Positions 9,054 through 16,959 of a stretch of DNA of 64,000 nt are shown here, piece after piece. The DNA is from Candidatus Peribacteria bacterium (lineage in GTDB: Bacteria > Patescibacteriota > Gracilibacteria > Peribacterales > Peribacteraceae). Location: positions 8,242-72,241 of the forward strand of contig DMXL01000004.1 of the NCBI GenBank assembly GCA_003483925.1, given 5' to 3'. The notes beneath the pieces were generated by a model. It ran no database searches and was not told the origin of the DNA. It saw only the letters and a program-made list of their open reading frames with translations. Position 1 is the first letter of the stretch; every line of letters begins with the position of its first letter. A program made the position numbers and the translations under genes.

Positions 9054-9305
9054 ATGGATCAGCCCCTCGATCAGCAGGCCATACAGAAGAAAGTCGAAGC
9101 GTTCTTGAAGGAGCTCAATGTCCCCGCCTTCATCGTCTTCGGGTGGAAGAAGGGGGACTCGGTCAAGCTGGCAACCGCTCCCGGGCAGCAGCCATCCGCC
9201 CAGGCGGAATTTGGGCTCGTGTCTTCCTTCTTCCAGGTTCCCACCAATGCGGCGGTCAAGGGCTTGAGCTGGGCGCTCAACGATTTCATCAGTCGCGCGC
9301 TGTAG
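9054..9305 (+). CDS. Hypothetical small protein
   Basis: 83-aa ORF with balanced composition. No family recognised. Confidence 0.4.
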   Translation: MDQPLDQQAIQKKVEAFLKELNVPAFIVFGWKKGDSVKLATAPGQQPSAQAEFGLVSSFFQVPTNAAVKGLSWALNDFISRAL

Positions 9306-9347
9306 AACCGAAGCCGCGGACAACCGCCTGGACGATGCATGATTTCA

Positions 9348-9785
9348 TCAGTCGCGCGCTTGAGAGCCGAGGATGCGGTGCGTGATCCAGTGCGTGAGGC
9401 CGAAGACGACTGCCACGACGATCCACCCGAAGGGTCCTCCGAAGATGCGGAGCGTGACGAGAGCCGGTTCCATCATGTCCGTGATCTTCACCGTGAGCCA
9501 AACGAACGCGCCGTTCACGACGATGATGGCGAGGATCGTGGCGAAGAGTTTCAGGGGGAGGGTGACGATGGCGAGCACGGGCCGGACGAAGAGGTTCATG
9601 AGCGTGAGCAGTGCCCCCACGATGACGAAGGCAGCGGGGCTGCCGGTCAATTGGAAGTACTGATCGAGGTAGGCGGCCATGAGCCATACGACGCCAACGG
9701 TGACGAGCACGGAGATGAGGAGCCGGATGGGCAGGGACGTTCCGGAGGATTCGGAGGGCATGGGGGAGGGGGGATTGATTGTCAT
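9348..9785 (-). CDS. YvlD/DUF360 (phage_holin_4_2 family) membrane protein
   Basis: Four TM spans. GALLTLMNLFVRPVLAIVTLPLKLFATILAIIVVNGAFVWL matches the family core. Confidence 0.7.
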   Translation of the reverse strand: MTINPPSPMPSESSGTSLPIRLLISVLVTVGVVWLMAAYLDQYFQLTGSPAAFVIVGALLTLMNLFVRPVLAIVTLPLKLFATILAIIVVNGAFVWLTVKITDMMEPALVTLRIFGGPFGWIVVAVVFGLTHWITHRILGSQARD

Positions 9786-9867
9786 TATGTCATAGAACGC
9801 GATGAGATGAGAAATGCTGCGTTGTCAAAAACAGTTTCGGTACAAAGTGGAGGTGCACGGTCCACCT

Positions 9868-9979
9868 GACCCCCTCTCCCTCACCCTCCCCCAATGGGGG
9901 AGGGGAACAATCCGTCTCTTTCCTGGAGGAGGCTTTTCGTTCCCTCTCCCGACGGGAGAGGGTTAGGGAGAGGGGGTCC
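9868..9979. repeat. Paired GC-rich palindromic modules (family also at 20299-20417)
   Basis: GACCCCCTCTCCCTCACCCTCCCCCAATGGGGGAGGGGAA (9868-9907) faces TTCCCTCTCCCGACGGGAGAGGGTTAGGGAGAGGGGGTCC (9940-9979). The latter 40-mer is identical to 20299-20338. Confidence 0.85.
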
Positions 9980-10052
9980 GAAATGTCGATAACGTATTGC
10001 CCTTGCCTCATAGCAGAGGGGCAGACTGCCCACGCCTTCCTGAGGCAATACT

Positions 10053-13000
10053 TTACTGCTTCTGAAACCGGATCGTCACCTTCCTCCCGTCAAGTTCGAC
10101 CGTTAGCGGCTTCCCCTCATTGGCTTTCAGCTTGGACCGCGTTTCCTCTTCGAGGAGCGCTTTGCACGTTCCCACGATATCGTCGAATCCTTTGACGTCG
10201 AGATCGATGATGTCCGTGAAGGAGAGACCCGAGTCCTTGCGCATCTTCTGCACGGCGCGGATGAGATCACGCACGCAGCCCTCGAGTTTGAGATCAGTGG
10301 ATACGGTCGTGTCCAGTCCGACGACGACCCCGCGGTCCGCGGCGGCATCCATCCCTTCCTTCCCGCGGTAGGCGATCTGCACTTCTTCGGGGGCAAGGCG
10401 CTCTTCTCCGATCAGGATCATCCCGTCGGGTTGCACGTCGAATTCCCCGCGCTTGCCGGCGGCAATGATCTCCTGCACGCGCGCGCCGAGGCGCGGTCCG
10501 ACCTTGCGCGCATCCACGAGCGCGACCGTCTGCGCGAGCTTGCCCGGATCCGTGATGAAGGAGAGCTCTTTCACGTTCATCTCCTGGCGCAGGAGAGATC
10601 TGTCCTCGTCGGTAAGCGCGATGGAAGCGAAGGCGGGCGGCAGGGCGATGACTGCGCGCTTGAGCGGCTGGCGCGCCTTCATGTTCTTCTCCGAGCGCAC
10701 CGCATGCCCGAGCGAAACGATGAGCCGCAGCAGGCGGGTCTTCGCAAGGAGCTTATTTTCCGCATCGGTGAGTTTGCGGGCATCCGGCCAATCGGTTAAG
10801 TGCACCGAGCCGTGCTCCTGTGTGACGAGATTCAGGTAAATCGCATCGCTGATGTACGGGCAGAACGGAGCGAGGAGCTGGCTCATCGTCAGCAGAACGT
10901 CGTGGAGTGTCGAGAGCGCAGAGAGCCGGTCTTCCTCGTCCGCTTCCATCTCCGAGGTGTAGCTTGCGTCGGGGGCATCGATGCTCGCCTTGCCGGCGAA
11001 CCGGCGGCGCGATAAGCGGATGTACCAGTTCGTGAGTGCGTCGATCGTTTCGAAGAGCTCCGCGCAGGTGGCGGAGAGATCGTAGCGGTCGAGCTGCTCG
11101 GTCATGCGGTTACAGAGATCCTGCATCTCCGCGCGGATCCAGCGGTCGAGGGGATGAGCGGAGTGCTTGCGGTTTTCGACGGGCTCGTACTTCGCGGCAT
11201 TCGCGTACGTGACGAAGAAGCTGTAGGCGTTCCACAGTGGCAGGAGCACGGAGCGCACGCTCTCCTCCACGAGCTTGCCCGAGAAGCGCAGGTCCTCGCC
11301 GCGCACCGCGGACGAGCTCATGAGGGTGAAACGCACCGCGTCGGCGCCGTGCTTCTCGACGAGCTCCATCGGTTCGGGATAGTTCTTGAGCCGCTTGCTC
11401 ATCTTCTTCCCGTCCTCGGCCAGCACGATGCCGTTGACCACGCAATGCTGGAAGGCGGGTTGATCGAAGAGCGCCGTCGAAAGTACCATGAGCGTGTAGA
11501 ACCATCCGCGCGTCTGATCCATGCCCTCTGCGATGAAGTCGGCGGGGAAACCGGGAGGAAGCGACCCGGCTGGTTCGGACTCAAAGGGATAGTGCGATTG
11601 GGCGTAGGGCATCGAGCCCGACTCGAACCAGCAGTCGAAGACTTCGGAGACGCGTTCCATCGTGCCGCCGTTCGTTGCCTGCCACATGATCGAATCCACG
11701 GTCTCCCGGTGCAGGTCGAGCTGCGACTGCGTCGTGTGATCGAAGAAGAACGTGTAAGGGTCGGCGTAGACGGGGTAGGGCTGGTGGGAGAGCTTCACGG
11801 GATCCTCCTTCGTGAAGACATGACGGATATTGAGCAGCGGGTCCGCGTGCGTGACGAGGACGATGTGCTGTCCGCGGTGTCTCGGCAGGATCTCCGTCAG
11901 GAAGCTCGAGATGCGCACCTGCACGTCCTGCCACGTCTCCATCCCCGGGAAGTGGTAGATGCTCTCGGGGGCACTCTGCTGCAGTTTGTGCGCACGACGC
12001 GCTTTCACGAGGGAGAGATCCGAGAAATCGACGGTCTTCCCTTCGTACGAACCGAACCCCACCTCACGCAGACGATCGTCCGTGATCACCGGAGCATTGG
12101 TCGCCTCGGCTATCATTTTCGCCGTCTGCTGCGTGCGATCGAGCGGGGACGCATAGATGACCGAGATTTCCGCTCCGGCAAGGGCTCGGCCCGTTTCTTT
12201 TGCCTGTTTTTTCCCGCGAGCCGTGAGCGAGGTGCCGGGGACTGCCCCCTGGTACACCGGGATGAGGTTTCCTTCGCTCTCGCCGTGGCGCAGCACGGTG
12301 ACTTTCGTGAAGCGCTGGGGCGAGCGGGTCATGAGCTCATCGCGGCTCGAGATCACTTCGATCTCTCCCGACTTCGAGCAGCGCCAGATGGGCAGCGGCG
12401 TTCCCCAGAAGCGGTTTCTGGAGATCGCCCAGTCGCGCGCACCCTCGAGCCACTTGCCGAACCGCCCGGAGCGCACGTGATCGGGCACCCACTCCGTTTT
12501 CGCATTGGCCTTGAGGAGCCCCTCCTTGATTTCTTCGACCTTCACGAACCATGAGGAGGTCGTGTAAGGAAGGAGAGGGGTATCGCAGCGCCAGCAGTGC
12601 GGGTAGCTGTGAGTGAAGCTGAAGGAGGAGAACACCCTTCCCCGATCTTTCAGCTTGCCAATGATAGCCCGATCGGTCGCTTGCGGGTCTTTCCCTTCAG
12701 GCTTGGCTTGCATGCCGGCGAAGTCCTTCACGTCGCCGGAAAAAATGCCGTCGATGCCGAGATGCCACACGACATCCACGTCCTCTCCCACGGCGATGCG
12801 GTAACTGTCTTCACCCAGGCAGGACGTGGCATGGACGATGCCCGTTCCCTCGGCATCGGAGACTTCCACGTCGTCGTAGATCACGACTTTGAAGACGCGG
12901 TCGCCGTAGGTTTCCTTCGGTCTCTTCTTGCTGCTCGGCTTGTCGACGAAGTAGGGGAAGAGCGGCTCATATTTTTTCCCCGTCAGATCCTTCGGTTTCA

Positions 13001-13826
13001 CAGGACCAATGATTTGGAATTCCTTCCCTTTGAACACCTGATCCAGAAGCTTCCGGGCGAGAATGTATCGCTTGCCCTCCGATTCCACGAGCGCGTACTC
13101 GATGTTCCTGCCGATCGCGAGCCACATATTCCCCGGGAGCGACCAGGGGGTGGTCGTCCAAGCGAGGAGAGCGGTCTTCGGGTCATCCTTCAGGGGAAGG
13201 GTCACGATGACGGACAGGTCCGTCCGGTCCCGGTAGCCCTGTGCAACTTCGAAGTTGCTCAAGGGTGTGGCGCATCGGGGACAGATGTACATCGGCTTAT
13301 ACCCTTCGTAGACCAATCCCTTCCTGTGCAATTCCGAGAACACCCACCAGATGGACTCCATGTAGTCCGGGTCCATCGTCCGGTAGTCATTGTCCATGTC
13401 CACCCACCGTCCCATGCGCTCGACGACTTCGCGCCACTCCTTCGTGAAGCGCTGCACGGACTGGGCGCAGAGGCGGTTGAAGGCGCCGATACCCATCTCG
13501 CGGATCTGCTTGTGGGAGGCGATCTTGTACTCCTTCTCGATCAGATTCTCGACGGGCAGCCCGTGGCAGTCCCAGCCGAATCGCCGCTCCACTCTCTTGC
13601 CGCGCATCGTCTGGTAGCGGGGGATGACATCCTTGATCGTGCCGGCGAGCAGATGCCCGTAGTGGGGCAGCCCCGTGGCGAACGGCGGGCCGTCGTAGAA
13701 GCTGAAGGAATCCTCCGGACTGCGGTTGGAGATCGAGCGCTTGAAGATATCTTCCTCTTTCCAGTACTTGAGGATGCCGTGCTCCATGGCCGGCAGGGAT
13801 TGCCTCGGATCGACGGGGTCGAACAT
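10053..13826 (-). CDS. ileS: Isoleucyl-tRNA synthetase with an inserted histidine-phosphatase domain
   Basis: HIGH-type PHYGHLL and KMSKS-type KKMSKRL are present, along with WFESGSMPYAQ and WISRNRFWGTP-like blocks. I chose the start at MFDPVDPRQSL. For the insert at 11721-12314, see findings. Confidence 0.9.
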   Translation of the reverse strand: MFDPVDPRQSLPAMEHGILKYWKEEDIFKRSISNRSPEDSFSFYDGPPFATGLPHYGHLLAGTIKDVIPRYQTMRGKRVERRFGWDCHGLPVENLIEKEYKIASHKQIREMGIGAFNRLCAQSVQRFTKEWREVVERMGRWVDMDNDYRTMDPDYMESIWWVFSELHRKGLVYEGYKPMYICPRCATPLSNFEVAQGYRDRTDLSVIVTLPLKDDPKTALLAWTTTPWSLPGNMWLAIGRNIEYALVESEGKRYILARKLLDQVFKGKEFQIIGPVKPKDLTGKKYEPLFPYFVDKPSSKKRPKETYGDRVFKVVIYDDVEVSDAEGTGIVHATSCLGEDSYRIAVGEDVDVVWHLGIDGIFSGDVKDFAGMQAKPEGKDPQATDRAIIGKLKDRGRVFSSFSFTHSYPHCWRCDTPLLPYTTSSWFVKVEEIKEGLLKANAKTEWVPDHVRSGRFGKWLEGARDWAISRNRFWGTPLPIWRCSKSGEIEVISSRDELMTRSPQRFTKVTVLRHGESEGNLIPVYQGAVPGTSLTARGKKQAKETGRALAGAEISVIYASPLDRTQQTAKMIAEATNAPVITDDRLREVGFGSYEGKTVDFSDLSLVKARRAHKLQQSAPESIYHFPGMETWQDVQVRISSFLTEILPRHRGQHIVLVTHADPLLNIRHVFTKEDPVKLSHQPYPVYADPYTFFFDHTTQSQLDLHRETVDSIMWQATNGGTMERVSEVFDCWFESGSMPYAQSHYPFESEPAGSLPPGFPADFIAEGMDQTRGWFYTLMVLSTALFDQPAFQHCVVNGIVLAEDGKKMSKRLKNYPEPMELVEKHGADAVRFTLMSSSAVRGEDLRFSGKLVEESVRSVLLPLWNAYSFFVTYANAAKYEPVENRKHSAHPLDRWIRAEMQDLCNRMTEQLDRYDLSATCAELFETIDALTNWYIRLSRRRFAGKASIDAPDASYTSEMEADEEDRLSALSTLHDVLLTMSQLLAPFCPYISDAIYLNLVTQEHGSVHLTDWPDARKLTDAENKLLAKTRLLRLIVSLGHAVRSEKNMKARQPLKRAVIALPPAFASIALTDEDRSLLRQEMNVKELSFITDPGKLAQTVALVDARKVGPRLGARVQEIIAAGKRGEFDVQPDGMILIGEERLAPEEVQIAYRGKEGMDAAADRGVVVGLDTTVSTDLKLEGCVRDLIRAVQKMRKDSGLSFTDIIDLDVKGFDDIVGTCKALLEEETRSKLKANEGKPLTVELDGRKVTIRFQKQ

Positions 13827-13930
13827 GGTTCCAAGTGTATGCGGTCGGGGGCGTTTCGGAAACTTCAGATGGGAGAATTCGCGGTCAAGTGATTGGACAG
13901 GTCTGTATTCGGGGTACAATCCACCCCTTT

Positions 13931-15148
13931 ATGCACGTTCCTGAGCAGCTCGACGAACGGCAACTCGAGACATTGAAGAGGCTCGTATGCATTCCGTCCC
14001 CTTCGGGCGAAGAGCAGGGCATCCTCGAATTCATCGAAACCAGGTGCCAGCAGTTTGAGGGATGCCGCCTCGTCCGACAGGGCCAGGACCGGCAGAATTT
14101 GATCGTGAGGAAGGGGACGGGAACCGATTTCGGCCTTCTCCTCTATGTGCATGTGGACACGGTGCCGCAGAAGGAAGGTTGGGAAAACAGATACGACTTG
14201 TATCGCGACATCGGCGTTGACCGGTTGCGTGGGGTGGGGGTCTACGATATGAAGTCACAGGTGATGGTTGCACTCGATGTCCTCGAGCGGACATCCATTC
14301 CGGATGGCGTCACGCTCACCGTCGTCTTCGGTTCAGCGGAGGAATCCAATTCCGCCGGAGTGCAGGCACTCGTGGATGGGGAAGGAGAGCGGCTGAGAAA
14401 TGGCTGTAAGCTCATCCTCTCGTCGGACATTACGACGTATCGCGGGTATGAGTACGATGCGCCGAAGAGCGTGGTGACCTCCCGCAGGGGGAATCTGAAG
14501 ACCGCAGTCACCGTCTCGGTTCCGGAGGGGCATGGATACAATGATGAAGCGCCAAACGCGCCGGATGCCGCGCGGGAAATGCAGAACCATTTCTTCGAGC
14601 AGTTCGCTCGGGCAGGAAGGACGGATGAGCACTGCGGATCGGAGTGTCTGCGCACGACACGCCTGAATGCGGAGGACAGTGCATATGCATCGTTGACGAC
14701 GGAGGCATCGTGGGGATTTCGGCAGTGGTTGATACCGGGGTCCACGGTCGAAGGGGCTCTCAAGTGGCAACAGGATTGTGCCGCGCGATTGGCTGAGGCA
14801 AAGAAATGGGCGCAATTGGGTATCCAGTACACGCTCGTGAAACGAAGCGGAAGCGTGCGCTCGTACAATCCGTTTCGTACTGATTCGAACGATCCGATGA
14901 TTCAGCAGGTCGTACTACCGAGTGTCGACAGAGTCTACGGCAGTCACCAGCTTACGGGCGGTCTTTCCACGGCGGATACCAACGTGCTTGCGGAGCTCGG
15001 GATCCCTATCGCCGAGGTTGCTCCCATCGGCGGAGATCCGCATCGCGGGACGGAGTGGGTGAGCGAGAGGAGCGTGGCGCGGCTCATCGCCTTCCAGCAC
15101 GATCTGATCGCTTTTCAGATTCCGGCATATCTCCGGCAACAGAAATGA
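13931..15148 (+). CDS. M20 family metallopeptidase (ArgE/DapE/CPG2-like)
   Basis: LLYVHVDTVP, GVGVYDMKS and FGSAEESNSAG are the metal-ligand blocks of M20 enzymes. Start chosen at MHVPEQL. Confidence 0.75.
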   Translation: MHVPEQLDERQLETLKRLVCIPSPSGEEQGILEFIETRCQQFEGCRLVRQGQDRQNLIVRKGTGTDFGLLLYVHVDTVPQKEGWENRYDLYRDIGVDRLRGVGVYDMKSQVMVALDVLERTSIPDGVTLTVVFGSAEESNSAGVQALVDGEGERLRNGCKLILSSDITTYRGYEYDAPKSVVTSRRGNLKTAVTVSVPEGHGYNDEAPNAPDAAREMQNHFFEQFARAGRTDEHCGSECLRTTRLNAEDSAYASLTTEASWGFRQWLIPGSTVEGALKWQQDCAARLAEAKKWAQLGIQYTLVKRSGSVRSYNPFRTDSNDPMIQQVVLPSVDRVYGSHQLTGGLSTADTNVLAELGIPIAEVAPIGGDPHRGTEWVSERSVARLIAFQHDLIAFQIPAYLRQQK

Positions 15149-15239
15149 ATGTGGATGGCACATTGGACGACGAGAGCATTTTTCGGTCCGGAGAACCTTC
15201 TATTTTCTTGGGTTGTCATTTGACTCTCTTGGCCAGCAG

Positions 15240-15854
15240 ATGGAAAATAAAAAGGTCTATATGTTTCTGTCTGAGAACACATCGGCTTCCTCCTCCCCTA
15301 CCACTCCTCCTCCGAGCCACTCAGAAGTGGGAGTACGGGCCGCTGCGCTCGTATCGGTAGTGGATGAGATAGAAGGGGGAGGGGGTCCGAATGCCATCCC
15401 CGATGAGAGTGACTCCGTGCTCGCCGTTCTCGCACAACCGGTCGGGGGGGAGCGAAACCCAGGGAGTGACAGCAATCTTACACAGAAACAGGTGGAAGCC
15501 TTCATCGTCATTTATCTTGATATCGTTCGGCTAGAGCTCGCGAGGTGGTTCAGGATGCTCACTCCGTCTTTCCAGAAGAAAGGGTATGCGACAGCCGAGG
15601 CTCTCCAGAAGGAATGGGAAATGGAGATCGCAAAACGGGCGGGAAGAAAGGCAGCGGGAGAGAGACTGAGAAGCGGGATAACGGATCTGCCGAATGAGTA
15701 TGCAATCAAACCGACAGACCTCGTCATCCGTGCCCTTTTGATGAGGGGGAAAGATGCTGCAAAGCAGGTACTGAATGCGTGGGGGAACGTGCAGTCAGCG
15801 CCTGTTCTTAAGACTTCGGAGACACGCCACACTGGTGTAGTGGCGATCATTTGA
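15240..15854 (+). CDS. Hypothetical protein (ORFan)
   Basis: ORF with an in-frame ATG at 15240 (MENKKVYMF). No motif recognised. GC is somewhat lower than the flanks. Confidence 0.45.
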   Translation: MENKKVYMFLSENTSASSSPTTPPPSHSEVGVRAAALVSVVDEIEGGGGPNAIPDESDSVLAVLAQPVGGERNPGSDSNLTQKQVEAFIVIYLDIVRLELARWFRMLTPSFQKKGYATAEALQKEWEMEIAKRAGRKAAGERLRSGITDLPNEYAIKPTDLVIRALLMRGKDAAKQVLNAWGNVQSAPVLKTSETRHTGVVAII

Positions 15855-15939
15855 ATAATTACACTGATAATTCCTTGCTTTTGCAACATTGGTGTGTAAA
15901 ATTGCACGCCCTTTGCCATTTTGGTATTTCTTCATATCC

Positions 15940-16959
15940 ATGGACGACGATTTAGACGACAACAGCGGCGGGGGAGGGGGACTGGTGCGGCTGGATAACC
16001 TCGAACAAGTCGTGGAGGAGGCCGCTGCAGCTGTGCAGAGGAATGAGTTAATCATGCAGCATTTCAATAGGTTGAGTGCGGATGTCCGGCGCAGTGTCAT
16101 TGCGTTCGTAACGAAGCCCAGTCGGCCACAGATTATCCGTCCCGATACGTTCGCAGAGAGGGAAGAGCTGGTTGCATGCGCGCGCGATCTCTTCGTGCGG
16201 CATCAAAAACTCAACAGAGCCAAGGACTTCGCTCAGGCGATTGAAGCGTGGAAAGCGGGGAATGGTGACGAATTCAAAAGATGGAGGGTTATTGCACAGT
16301 CCGTTGGCGGGTTCCTCGATGATTACCCGCAAGAGGAATTTGAGGGGCGCTTGGAAGATCTTCAACATTGGGCCATTGCGCGTGCCGCTCCCGTACGGGA
16401 GGGGGCGGGGGAACAGCAATTCGTGGCGGATATCCAAATCCATCTTCCCGATGATCATGATGCGGCGTCTGCTCCGGCGATTGCGCTCCTTCCGAAGAGA
16501 GAGGGCGATCTCAAATACGCCACAGATATGGGGAGGAGCTTGCTTGCAGGATTCGATCTGCGGAGGGTGGCTGTTGTCTCGGATATTTGCGCGGATGATT
16601 CATACGCGCACTGCGGATTCGCATCAGCTGCCCGGGATGCGGGTATCCGACGCGTGGAGGAGCTGAACGAGGGGCGAAAGATCCCCATAGACACTGTTCT
16701 TGCAGCGGTCTTCTCGATCAAGGGGCTGAAGAAACAGGACGGAGAGGTGATCCGCCCGCCGCTGGCCCTCAGTAATCTCATCAGCCTGAAGATCCATACG
16801 ATGAGCGGCAAATATCCCGCTGAGCTTGTCTGGTGCCTCACCGGTCGAAACGTCCCGGTTCATCTGGATGGGGATGATCCGACAAAACCGCCGAGTGAAT
16901 TGATTACTGATTGGGAAGTCTGTGCAACAACTTTGAATGCGGAGGGACAGGACCTATGA
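15940..16959 (+). CDS. Hypothetical protein (ORFan)
   Basis: ORF with an ATG at 15940 (MDDDLDDNSGGGGG). Acidic N-terminus, no TM span, no motif recognised. Confidence 0.5.
   Translation: MDDDLDDNSGGGGGLVRLDNLEQVVEEAAAAVQRNELIMQHFNRLSADVRRSVIAFVTKPSRPQIIRPDTFAEREELVACARDLFVRHQKLNRAKDFAQAIEAWKAGNGDEFKRWRVIAQSVGGFLDDYPQEEFEGRLEDLQHWAIARAAPVREGAGEQQFVADIQIHLPDDHDAASAPAIALLPKREGDLKYATDMGRSLLAGFDLRRVAVVSDICADDSYAHCGFASAARDAGIRRVEELNEGRKIPIDTVLAAVFSIKGLKKQDGEVIRPPLALSNLISLKIHTMSGKYPAELVWCLTGRNVPVHLDGDDPTKPPSELITDWEVCATTLNAEGQDL

Noticed and set aside
13827-13930. T-box leader upstream of ileS.
   Set aside because: Only about 100 nt separate ileS from the divergent M20 gene, which is too short for a T-box. 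No specifier or T-box sequence was seen.
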